The notes beneath the pieces were generated by a model. It did no database searches. It worked only from the letters and a program-made list of their open reading frames with translations, and was not told where the DNA came from. Source: Patescibacteria group bacterium UBA1400 (GTDB lineage Bacteria; Patescibacteriota; Microgenomatia; UBA1400). Taken from it: a stretch of 43,536 bases of DNA. Positions 8,508 through 17,600 of the stretch are shown in pieces. Each line of letters starts with the position of its first letter. Position 1 is the stretch's first letter. A program made the position numbers and the translations under genes. The stretch is from NCBI GenBank assembly GCA_002305125.1, contig DBQG01000001.1, forward strand, positions 1-43,536, read 5' to 3'.

Positions 8508-10472
8508 ATGAACTTTATTTCCAATCTTTTACCAACTAAAAAACAAAAACCTTCTACTCAAAAAGAAGAAAAAGTCCTCAAAAATAATGATAAAACCGAG
8601 GTTTCCGGCAATTCTACCGAAGCTAAGGCAGCAATTGAGAGCTTAACAAATGGCCTTACTTCTATTAAAGATGTAATTGCTCCCCCTTCTTTAGAGGTTG
8701 ATTTTTCCCATATTAAAATTAATCAAACCTATTATCGTACTCTATTTGTGGCCGGTTTTCCCCGTTTTGTTAATGCTAACTGGCTGGCCCCACTAATTAA
8801 TTTTGATCATCCTTTAAATATTTCTATGTTTATTTACCCTGTTGAAGTTAAAGAAATTTTAGATGATTTAAAAAGAAAGATTGGAGAAATGGAGGCCGAG
8901 GTTCAAACCGACATTCAAAAAGGTAAAATTATAAATATCGATACTCAGGTTAAACTGGAAGATGCTCATGATCTTCAAAAACAGTTGGCCAAAGGAGCGG
9001 AAAGGTTTTTTCAGTTCGGCCTTTACATTACCATCGCTTCAAGGTCAGAAAAGGAACTTAACAGAATTAGCCAACAAGTACAGTCGGCCCTGGGTTCTGT
9101 TATGATTGTTTCTAAAGTTGCTTCTCTTCAAATGGAAGATGCTTTTAAAACCACTCTTCCCACTTGTACAGATAAACTTATGATTACAAGAAATATGGAT
9201 ACCACCAGCCTTGCCACTACTTTTCCCTTTACTTCCTCAGAATTAACCTCCAATGAAGGAATTTTATACGGGATTAATGAACATAATGACTCTCTGGTTA
9301 TTTTTGATCGCTTCTCTCTTGAAAATGCCAACTCTTTAATTTTAGCCAAAAGCGGTTCGGGAAAAAGCTATTTGGTTAAGCTGGAAATTCTGCGCTCTTT
9401 AATGTTTGACACCGAAGTTATTATTCTTGACCCCGAAGGAGAATATAAAACTCTGTGCGAAACTGTCGGTGGTTCTTATATTGATTTTTCTTTTGATTCC
9501 AGCTCTAAAATAAATCCTTTTGATCTGGCTGCCCGACAAGAAGAGGGCGAAAATGAATTAGGTTTAAAAATACTGTCTCTTCATTCTCTTTTTAAAATTA
9601 TTATGGGAAATCTTACCCCTACCCAAGAAGCAATGTTAGATAGGGCTCTTGTTTTAGCCTACAAACAGAAAGGGATTACTGTTGACCCCAACTCTCAAAC
9701 AAAAGAACCTCCCTTAATGGAAGACTTATATAAAGTATTAATTGGTATGGAGCAAAAAGATGCTTTAGAAATGGCCTCAAGGCTGGAAAAGTTTATAAAG
9801 GGTTCTCTGCGTGGTGTTTTTGACCAATATTCTACCGTTGATATTAAAAACCCCTTTACTGTTTTTTGCATTAAAGAGCTTGAAGACGAACTAAGGCCTA
9901 TTGCTATGTTTATTATTCTTGACTTTATTTGGACTAAGGTTAAAAAAGAATTAAAAAGAAGAATTCTTGTTGTTGATGAGGCGTGGTACTTAATGAAACA
10001 TCAGGATTCTGCTACTTTTCTTTATGGAATTGCTAAAAGGGCCAGAAAATATTATCTTGGTCTAACCACCATTACTCAAGACGTTGAAGATTTTTTAAAT
10101 AGTGATCATGGCAAGGCCATTGTTACCAATAGCTCTTTACAAATTTTAATGAAACAATCTCCTGCTGCTATTGAAACGGTGGGAAAGGTTTTTTATTTAT
10201 CTCAGGGTGAAAAAAATCTACTTTTATCTGCTGAGGTTGGTAGGGGCTTATTTTTTGCCGGTAACAACCATGTGGCTATTAGGGCTGTTTCTTCCGAGGA
10301 TGAACATAAATTAATTACCTCAAAACCTCAGGACATCCTTGCTCAACAAAAAGAGGTTGACATTCAGGCTTCAATTAAAAAAGAGCTTGAAGATAATCTT
10401 TCTCAACAATCTTCCAACCCTCAAGAGACTTTAGAAATGATTCAAAAACAAGAGCAGACTTCTAAAACCTAA
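8508..10472 (+). CDS. virB4: VirB4-like type IV secretion ATPase
   Basis: Walker A AKSGSGKS, ILDPEGEY, INPFD, Walker B ILVVDEAW, KRARKY, TITQDVEDF. Confidence 0.9.
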   Translation: MNFISNLLPTKKQKPSTQKEEKVLKNNDKTEVSGNSTEAKAAIESLTNGLTSIKDVIAPPSLEVDFSHIKINQTYYRTLFVAGFPRFVNANWLAPLINFDHPLNISMFIYPVEVKEILDDLKRKIGEMEAEVQTDIQKGKIINIDTQVKLEDAHDLQKQLAKGAERFFQFGLYITIASRSEKELNRISQQVQSALGSVMIVSKVASLQMEDAFKTTLPTCTDKLMITRNMDTTSLATTFPFTSSELTSNEGILYGINEHNDSLVIFDRFSLENANSLILAKSGSGKSYLVKLEILRSLMFDTEVIILDPEGEYKTLCETVGGSYIDFSFDSSSKINPFDLAARQEEGENELGLKILSLHSLFKIIMGNLTPTQEAMLDRALVLAYKQKGITVDPNSQTKEPPLMEDLYKVLIGMEQKDALEMASRLEKFIKGSLRGVFDQYSTVDIKNPFTVFCIKELEDELRPIAMFIILDFIWTKVKKELKRRILVVDEAWYLMKHQDSATFLYGIAKRARKYYLGLTTITQDVEDFLNSDHGKAIVTNSSLQILMKQSPAAIETVGKVFYLSQGEKNLLLSAEVGRGLFFAGNNHVAIRAVSSEDEHKLITSKPQDILAQQKEVDIQASIKKELEDNLSQQSSNPQETLEMIQKQEQTSKT

Positions 10473-10486
10473 AATCTAAATTATTA

Positions 10487-11602
10487 CTATTCTTTTATTC
10501 TTACTGGCATAATAATGTGAAGAAAAGAATTTTTTCCTGCTGGTTTAAAAACCCCCGGTTTAAGGGGCCCTGACAACTCTATTTGAATTTCTTTGGAATC
10601 AAGAATCCCTAAATACTCTTGTAAGAATCTATAATTAAAGGCTATCTCACAATTTTCCCCCTCTTTTTTAATCTCTAGGCTTGTTTTATTTTCTCCAACC
10701 TCAGGGGCATCTGCTTCAATTTCCAGTTTATTTTCAATAATTTTAAATTTAACAATGTTGGCACTGTCTTTGGCTAAAATAGAGGCTGTCTTAACTGCTT
10801 GTTGTAACTCTTCCCTATCCAAAACAATCTTTGTTTCACAATCTTGAGGAATAATTTTTTCAAAGTCAGGATACTCTCCCTCTAAAAGTCTTGTTATAAT
10901 TTCTGCCCCCTTAACCGCAAAAATTATTTGATTGTCGTCTTTTACCATTTCAATTTCTTCTTTTTCTTCCCCCTGTAAATAAACCCTCACCAATTCCATT
11001 AGGGCTAAGGCGGGAATTATTAGCTTCTCATCTTTTTGTTTGGTCTTTAGGTTAATTGTTTTTAAACTCAATCTATAGCCATCAGTAGATGCCAACCCTA
11101 TACTTTCTCCAAAATTCATTTTAACCCCAGTTAAAATAGGCCGTGATTCGTCCTGTGAGGCTGTAAAAGCCACCTGCTCTATGGCTTTTATTAATTTTTT
11201 AGCTTCAAGGCTTACTTTTTCAAATCCCTCTTTTAGTGTTTCAATGCTGGGAACTGCAGGATATTCTGTGGCAGAAATTCCATTAAAAGAGGCCTTATAA
11301 TTTCTACAGGAAACACTTAACTTATCTTTATTAAGCTCAAATAAAACCTTGTCTGCGGGAAGAGAGGAAATAAAATCCACAATTATTCTGGCGGGAATGG
11401 TTATTTTTCCTTCTTGTTCAACTTTTGCCGGCAATCTTAAATTTATTCCCGTTTCAAGATTGGTTGCTGATAATTTTAAACTTCCTTTTTCTGCAGAAAA
11501 TAAAATATTTTCTAAAATAGGAAGCTGGGGTTTTGATTTAACAAACTTTCCTACAATAGAAAGCCCTTTGTTTAAATTTTCCTGTAAAATTGTTAATTTC
11601 AT
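10487..11602 (-). CDS. dnaN: DNA polymerase III beta sliding clamp
   Basis: LPILENIL, ATNLE, RPILTGV, STDGYRL, GEYPDFEKIIP, IIMPVR. Downstream of dnaA. Confidence 0.98.
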   Translation of the reverse strand: MKLTILQENLNKGLSIVGKFVKSKPQLPILENILFSAEKGSLKLSATNLETGINLRLPAKVEQEGKITIPARIIVDFISSLPADKVLFELNKDKLSVSCRNYKASFNGISATEYPAVPSIETLKEGFEKVSLEAKKLIKAIEQVAFTASQDESRPILTGVKMNFGESIGLASTDGYRLSLKTINLKTKQKDEKLIIPALALMELVRVYLQGEEKEEIEMVKDDNQIIFAVKGAEIITRLLEGEYPDFEKIIPQDCETKIVLDREELQQAVKTASILAKDSANIVKFKIIENKLEIEADAPEVGENKTSLEIKKEGENCEIAFNYRFLQEYLGILDSKEIQIELSGPLKPGVFKPAGKNSFLHIIMPVRIKE

Positions 11603-11847
11603 TTGGTTATAAAAAGTATTTTAAACCCTTTTTTATTCTAGCTTCTATTTTGTTTTTATTCAATTATTAAATTAGTAGTATTAGTAGGGGGTGTTTAAAA
11701 GTGGAAAAATGTCTTATTGAGACGTTGTAAAACGCTGTGGAAAACTTGTTTTGTTTTGTGGAAAAGTTTATAAAAAGTTTATAGTTTTCAACTTTTCCCC
11801 AAACAATAAACAATTTCTCTAAAAGTTTTCCACCTACTTTTCCCCAA
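11603..11847. other. Chromosomal replication origin oriC (dnaA-dnaN intergenic region)
   Basis: DnaA-box-like 9-mers: AGTGGAAAA 11700, TGTGGAAAA 11736 and 11757, TTTTCCCCA 11793 and 11838, TTTTCCACC 11826. GGGG at 11688-11691. DnaA-trio array TAG TAG TAT TAG TAG at 11673-11687, next to an AT-rich tract. Confidence 0.9.
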
Positions 11848-13239
11848 CTATTCTTCCCCATATATTCTTTTTTTTAGGGCCTCAATATCAAACCTTAAAG
11901 ACTCAGAGGTGATGCTGTTTTTGCTTATTTTTTCAATAGAGTGCATAACCGTAGTATGATCTCTTCCTCCAAAAATTTCTCCTACCCTCATTAAGGGAAA
12001 ATCAAGCTCGGTTTTAAGCAAATACATGGCAACCTGTCGGGGAAAAACAATCTCCTTATTTCTTTTAGGGCCCTTGATTTGATTAAGTTTAATATTAAAA
12101 TAAGAGCAAACAGCCTCAAGAACCTCTTTAGATTTAACATTTTTTTTAGTTTTAGGTTTTTTGTCAGAAACTTTACCCAAAAGCTTTTGTGCCATTTCTG
12201 GAGTAATGGGTTGGTTGGTTGCGTCTCCTTCGGTAATAATTCTAATTAAAAAACCCTCAAGCTTTCTGGTACTTTCTATATTAGAGGCAATAAGCTGGGC
12301 AACGTCCATAGGGAGAGGTCTTCCCCACTGTCTTGACTTAATAAGTAAAATAGCTGTTCTTAGTTCAAAGTTGGGTTGTTGAATGTCTATGGTTAAACCC
12401 CCCTCAAATCTTGATCTTAACCGGTCTTCTAAACCAACAATTTGGTCAGGAAGCTTGTCGCTGGTTAAAACAATGTGTCCTCCGGCCCGGTGAATTGTGT
12501 TAAAGGTGTGGAAAAATTCTTCCTGAACAGTATTTTTACCACCAATAAACTGAACATCATCAATTAATAAGAGCTTGGCCGAACGGTATTTTTCTCTAAA
12601 AGAAGAAGTGGACTTGGTGCGGATGGCATTAATAATTTCGTTGGTAAACTCTTCGGCAGAGGAATAAACAATTAAAGCCCGAGGGTTTTGATTTATGAGT
12701 TGATGACCAATAGCCTGCATTAAATGGGTTTTTCCCACCCCTACCCCTCCATATAAAAAAAGAAGGTGATAGGATTTGCCGGAGTTTTTAATAACAGACC
12801 TGGCCGCAGCATAAGCAACCTCGTTTGAAGAAGAAACGGCAAAATTTTCAAAAGTAAAGTCAGGCCTAAGACCGGTAAATCTAATAGCTTTTTTAATGGA
12901 TCTTTTGTTTTCTTTTTCATAATTTAAAGACAAAAGGGGAGTTTCAGATTTTTTAGTAGATCCTTTGCCATTTAAAAAATCAGGTTTAACGGTAAATTTA
13001 AGTTCATTTTTAAGCTTGGTTAGGTTATCTAAAATTTCTTTTACTTGTCCCAGATATCTTTCTTCAATTGTATTTTTAGCAAAAGGATTTGCTACAGCCA
13101 CCTCTATAATTTGTCTTTTTTCAGAAACCTTTTTAGTGGTTAAAATTTTAGTGTTGGCAAACCATGAAGAAAAAATTGGTTTAGAAAGATTAAGTTGAAG
13201 TTCTGTTAAGGTTGATTGCCAAAGATCTTTATTATTCAT
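11848..13239 (-). CDS. dnaA: Chromosomal replication initiator DnaA
   Basis: FTFENF, Walker A GGVGVGKTHL, LLIDDVQF, QEEFFHTFN, RLRSRFEGGL, domain IV GGRDHTTVMHS. Confidence 0.99.
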   Translation of the reverse strand: MNNKDLWQSTLTELQLNLSKPIFSSWFANTKILTTKKVSEKRQIIEVAVANPFAKNTIEERYLGQVKEILDNLTKLKNELKFTVKPDFLNGKGSTKKSETPLLSLNYEKENKRSIKKAIRFTGLRPDFTFENFAVSSSNEVAYAAARSVIKNSGKSYHLLFLYGGVGVGKTHLMQAIGHQLINQNPRALIVYSSAEEFTNEIINAIRTKSTSSFREKYRSAKLLLIDDVQFIGGKNTVQEEFFHTFNTIHRAGGHIVLTSDKLPDQIVGLEDRLRSRFEGGLTIDIQQPNFELRTAILLIKSRQWGRPLPMDVAQLIASNIESTRKLEGFLIRIITEGDATNQPITPEMAQKLLGKVSDKKPKTKKNVKSKEVLEAVCSYFNIKLNQIKGPKRNKEIVFPRQVAMYLLKTELDFPLMRVGEIFGGRDHTTVMHSIEKISKNSITSESLRFDIEALKKRIYGEE

Positions 13240-13314
13240 AATTCTTTTTAAACAATTAAAAATTGAGGGCAGAGGGTTTTTTAACGCAAGGAAAGCCTTT
13301 TGTTTAACATCTTA

Positions 13315-13348
13315 TTTTTAATAAGTTTTCCACAATTTGTCAACCACA
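13315..13348 (-). promoter_or_regulatory. Putative dnaA promoter with DnaA boxes (autoregulation)
   Basis: Minus strand TTGACA-17-TAAAAA (weak -10). A TTTTCCACA box at 13326-13334 lies in the spacer and a TCAACCACA box at 13340-13348 overlaps the -35. Confidence 0.55.
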
Positions 13349-13373
13349 ACTTACTATATCAAGTTTAAAAAAA

Positions 13374-14525
13374 TTAACGGGGAGTCTCTGCGGCCACCTC
13401 ACCAACCTTGGCAGTAGCATCAAAGGCAAAAAACAAGGCCATCAGTAGTTTTGTAAAACCATCACCTCCTTTTTTGCCGAGTTTTAAAATATCTTTCCAG
13501 CTCTTTTTATCTTTGGTTAAACCTAGAGATTTTAAAACCTCATTTTGTACTTCTTCTAAGCTTGCTTCGTCAGACACTCTAATTCCGTGTTGGGATAAGG
13601 CCCTTTTGGCCAAAAGAAGAGCTTTTTGATGTTCTTGAGAAGACAGGGATTCTTGTATTTGCCTAAGCCTCTCTTTTATTTCTTCAGTGTCTAGACCCTC
13701 TTCTTCTTGAGCTTGTTTAAAAAGTGCCTCAAAAGCTTCTTCTTCTCCCTTTTTAATTCCTAAAATATCATGAAGATAAGATCTTTCAGTTGTTACAGCT
13801 TCAGGGGAAGCTGTTGCGGCAGGGGGTTTTTCTTGAGAAGAGCGGACTTCCGGCGGTTTGGTTTTAAAAGAATAAGTCGGTGAAAGTTGCTTTTCCGCCC
13901 TAGAAAGAACAGCCGCTTGTTCTCCGGGGGATAGCTCAGTAAAGTTTTTCGAACTTAAATCATCAGCCTGGGCAGCTATTGTCTGAGCCTCCTGGACAAG
14001 CCTGTTTTCAAAAGTATTATAATCAATAGTTTCTCCTCCCAACTCAACCTGTAAACTATTTTTTAATTTTTTTAAAGCCTCTGTAGCCCTCATTTTTAAG
14101 ACAGGATCTTGGGTTTGATCAGCAACTTCTGTTAAGGCAAAAACATAATCTCCTAAATAAATTGTGCCCGGATGTTGGCCATCAGCCTCGTCAATCCAGC
14201 AAAACTCAACAGCCCCACTTTGATCACCTGCAGCCCTAACATCAGCACCTTCTCTTCCCTGTTTTTTTTGTTCTGCTGCCGTTATTGCTCCGGCTACCCG
14301 GTGAGCCTGCTCTACTAATGGTTCTAAATGAGTTCTAGGAATATTTTGAAAGCGTTCTTGTCCTTGAATATCTCCCAATCTTGAGAAAAGGCCAACTTTT
14401 CCGGTGGGGTTTTCTGGTGATAAAATTGCTGGAACTAAAACCCCTTCCACAGCACTATCAAAAGTACTAACTACTTGTTCTCTGGGAAGAAGTTCTGTCT
14501 GGGGAGGTTTTTGTTCTTCGGACAT
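13374..14525 (-). CDS. Acidic hypothetical protein (383 aa) with a short hydrophobic C-terminal segment
   Basis: Long ORF. Start moved to MSEEQKPPQ (ATG 14525), which removes the overlap with the 14604 gene and lies 8 nt after TAGTAT. Tail GGDGFTKLLMALFFAFDA. Confidence 0.8.
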   Translation of the reverse strand: MSEEQKPPQTELLPREQVVSTFDSAVEGVLVPAILSPENPTGKVGLFSRLGDIQGQERFQNIPRTHLEPLVEQAHRVAGAITAAEQKKQGREGADVRAAGDQSGAVEFCWIDEADGQHPGTIYLGDYVFALTEVADQTQDPVLKMRATEALKKLKNSLQVELGGETIDYNTFENRLVQEAQTIAAQADDLSSKNFTELSPGEQAAVLSRAEKQLSPTYSFKTKPPEVRSSQEKPPAATASPEAVTTERSYLHDILGIKKGEEEAFEALFKQAQEEEGLDTEEIKERLRQIQESLSSQEHQKALLLAKRALSQHGIRVSDEASLEEVQNEVLKSLGLTKDKKSWKDILKLGKKGGDGFTKLLMALFFAFDATAKVGEVAAETPR

Positions 14526-14533
14526 TTGATTTA

Positions 14534-14599
14534 ATACTAACTTTTTTTTACTTCTATTGCAAGCAATCTTGTTTATATGATATTCTGATTTTAAGAGGA
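14534..14599. promoter_or_regulatory. Divergent promoter pair sharing one palindromic -35 hexamer
   Basis: TTGCAA at 14557-14562. Leftward: 17 nt to TAGTAT. Rightward: 18 nt to TGaTATTCT, then SD-like AGAGGA at 14594-14599. Confidence 0.55.
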
Positions 14600-14603
14600 A
14601 AAA

Positions 14604-17600
14604 ATGACTGAAACCAGAACAGTAAATCCTTTGACAGTTGCAACTTTTCCCCCAGAAGGAGCCCCTATTGTAAATGAGGGGAATGCTGCTAGTGCCGTTG
14701 TTCACCAATTGAGAAGCGAGGCGGAACAGAGAAGACAGGCATCTCAAAGAGAAGCAGGACCCAGAAGTTTAAAACAAAGATATGAAGAACAAAAGCCTAG
14801 AGAAGAAGGGGTAGCAGCAATTGCCAATAAAGAACAATGCATTCCTGGTAGAAAGTTTAAAAGTCTTGAATTTTTAACCTCAGGGGAAGGAGAGTTTGAG
14901 CTTAGTAAAGAACAGGACAAAAGGCTTTATGATGAGGTAGATAGAGTTTATAGGAACATTCAGCGTCTTTCTCAGGATGATCCGGTGGTAAGAAGATTAA
15001 GACAGGTTTTTGAAAAACAATTTCCGGCACTTAGAGGAAGAGCAGAATTTGTTAAAGGGTTAAGAATTCAAAGAAATGAAAGAATTTTTCATACAGAAGA
15101 AGAGCTAATTACAGCCTTAGTAACCTTAGAACAGCATCAACATTTAGTAGCAGCCTCTTTGGCTTGTGAAATTTCTAACAACGGACAAAGAACAGTTGAG
15201 ATTAATGTTCCTTCCAACACAGAAATAGAAGCAATTATTAGAGACAAAATTCCTAACATTGCAGAAACATCGCTTGGAATTGTGGTGGAATCCTTGAAAG
15301 TGGGAGATTTTGCCGGAGCTTATGCGGCTATTGGAGCTTTAGTAGGATCAGGAGGGGTAGTAGCTACAGAAATTATCAGTAATTTTGTTGGGGCTGCCGG
15401 AGCCGGTGGGCCGGATGTAGCGGTGGCAGCAGCTCTTGCAGGATTGGCAGGAGCAGGTATTGGTTTGGCTATGAAAACTGAGTTTATTGTGGGTCGGAAA
15501 GCGGAAAAAAGCAAGTTAAGAATCAGCTTGCCTAAGTCCGATGCTAGGGTGGTAACAGAATATGGAGCAAACCTTGGAATTTTAAATAAAACTCCTGAAG
15601 AAATTTTAGCAATCATAGAAAGAACTGAAAGAGTTAGGCATGAAGTATGGGCAAGAGCGGGCGTAAATCTAGAATCTTTAGAACAAAGAGCAGCTTTAAA
15701 CCTGGATACTCTCGCCCTTGATCCTACTAAAACAGAAATTACCCAGGGTAAGGGAGATATTATTTATGTTAACAGAAGACAAGAGCATCTTTATAGGCTA
15801 CTGGGAAATGGAGAAAGATCTTTGGCAGACCTAACTGCAGCAGAACAGTTAATGTTTAAACTTGATGCTTCCACGGCTGCTTTATTTCAGGAAAATGGTC
15901 AGATAGCCAGGCAGATAGCAGACGAAGCTGAAGCAAAAAGTACAACGGAAAGACTAAGCGAAGCAGGACAAATAGACAAGTTGGCCTCAGAATATGAGCA
16001 GGGTAAAAGAGGGCTTCAGGTGGTTGATAAGGCTGAGGTTAAAGCTAAGCAGGAAGAGCTGGCAGAGGCAACAGAAAAAGTTTCTCAAATAACAGAACTT
16101 CAGGAAGAACTTCAGGAAGTTGTTGATAAGCTGGCCCCGCTTCAACAAAAGATTGAAACAGCCAAGGCTGCAAGACAGGTTTTAACCCAACACCATGAAA
16201 CAGATTTAGGAACAGGAGAAACAGAAATTCAGCAGCTAGGTAGAGAAATAGGAGAGTTGGAAGATCAGATTATAGGAACAACGGGAATAGATGTTAGTCT
16301 GGCAGATATTAGAAGGAACATAAGAATAAAACAGGCAGAGATGATGAGATTAAAAAGAGAAATAGAAACATTAAAAGAAGAGCAAAGAGGAATTTCTGTC
16401 AAAATTACCAATCCAACAACCGGCGTCAAATATACAGCAGATGAAGTTAAAAATGAGCATGCAAGAATAAGGGGAGAGGTTTCTCTTAAACAGCAAGAGC
16501 ATGATAATTTTAAGACAGAGATAGAAGAGGACGAAGGTGATAAGGAGGCTTTAGAGGAAAGAAAAAAGTTTTTGACTAAAGAAAGACAGGATAGAAAAGA
16601 TAAATTAGACAGAATAAGAGCAGACATTCGTGCAGCTGACACTTTAGTAGCAGAGGCGGAGGCAGAGGGAAATGTAGCTAATTTAAAAGTTCTTGAAACA
16701 GAAAGAGATAGGATTTTAGCTGAGCTGGCTTTAGTAGTTAATCCGGCTGCTCCACCAACTTTAAGCGTTGAAGAAGTTCCTGGTCAAATTAATTTGGCTC
16801 AAAAAGAGCAGGCAAGATTGCAAAAGGAAGCAGAAAAGTTACAGTTGCAGCTTGAAAGATTTGAGGCAGGTCAGGGTAGGGCCAGCCCTCAAGACTTACA
16901 AACAGCTAAAATTTTAAGAAGATCAGCCGAACTGGTAAGACCCGTGAGTCGTGAAGGGAGAGAAGGAAGATTTAATGAAATAAGCGGGGAGCTGGTTTTA
17001 AATGATGAACTAAGAGTGAAGTTAGCTGATCCAAACCTTGGTTATAATGAATGGTTGATGTTAATGTTTGGACCTGATGCTATTGCTCCAGACGAGATGA
17101 GAGTTAATCGTCAGGTGGTTTCCAAAGCAGACATGGTGATGGCTGCCGTTGATGTATGGCGGCTTGATGATGGTTATTTTGGAAGGAATCAGGAAGGAGA
17201 GTTTTTCTTAACAGCAGTAAGAGGAAAGATAAACAGAATTGCTTCTTTGCAAGATCAGATTGCTGAAAGGGAAAGATATCAGAATCCGGGTTGGCAGGCA
17301 GAGATAGAAGCACTTCGAGGACAAATAAAGGCTTTGCGTCAGGAAAACAATCAAGAGTTGGCAGCTTTGTATGATCGTGCAGCTCATTTTTTTAACAGCG
17401 ATCCTTTTAAGGTGAGGGAGTTTTATGCAGAATTGGCAGGAAGGGTAGCTAAAAAAGCCTTAAGAGGAGGAGAGGGAGAAACTTACGAAAGAGCTCAGGT
17501 TAGAATGGGCATTAGAAAAGAATCGAGACAACAAGTAGAAAGTAGGGAGGGTTATGGAGTTTTAGTTTATGAAGGTCCGCGCCAAGTTGAAGGAACTGAA

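Noticed and set aside
2052..10472. Integrative conjugative element or plasmid
   Set aside because: No integrase, relaxase, coupling protein or flanking direct repeats were seen, and the promoter style matches the rest of the chromosome.
11667..11861. 64-aa ORF between dnaA and dnaN
   Set aside because: It is a translation of the DnaA-box array of oriC.
13269..13303. 14-bp hairpin in the dnaA upstream region
   Set aside because: It needs six G-U pairs and forms only on the strand antisense to dnaA, with no evident transcript.
14526..14747. N-terminal extension of the 457-aa minus ORF overlapping the 1250-aa gene
   Set aside because: The extension covers the divergent promoter region and has atypical composition; ATG 14525 is better supported.
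16094..16117. Tandem repeat GAACTTCAGGAA x2
   Set aside because: It is a codon-level ELQE repeat inside a coiled coil, not an independent element.
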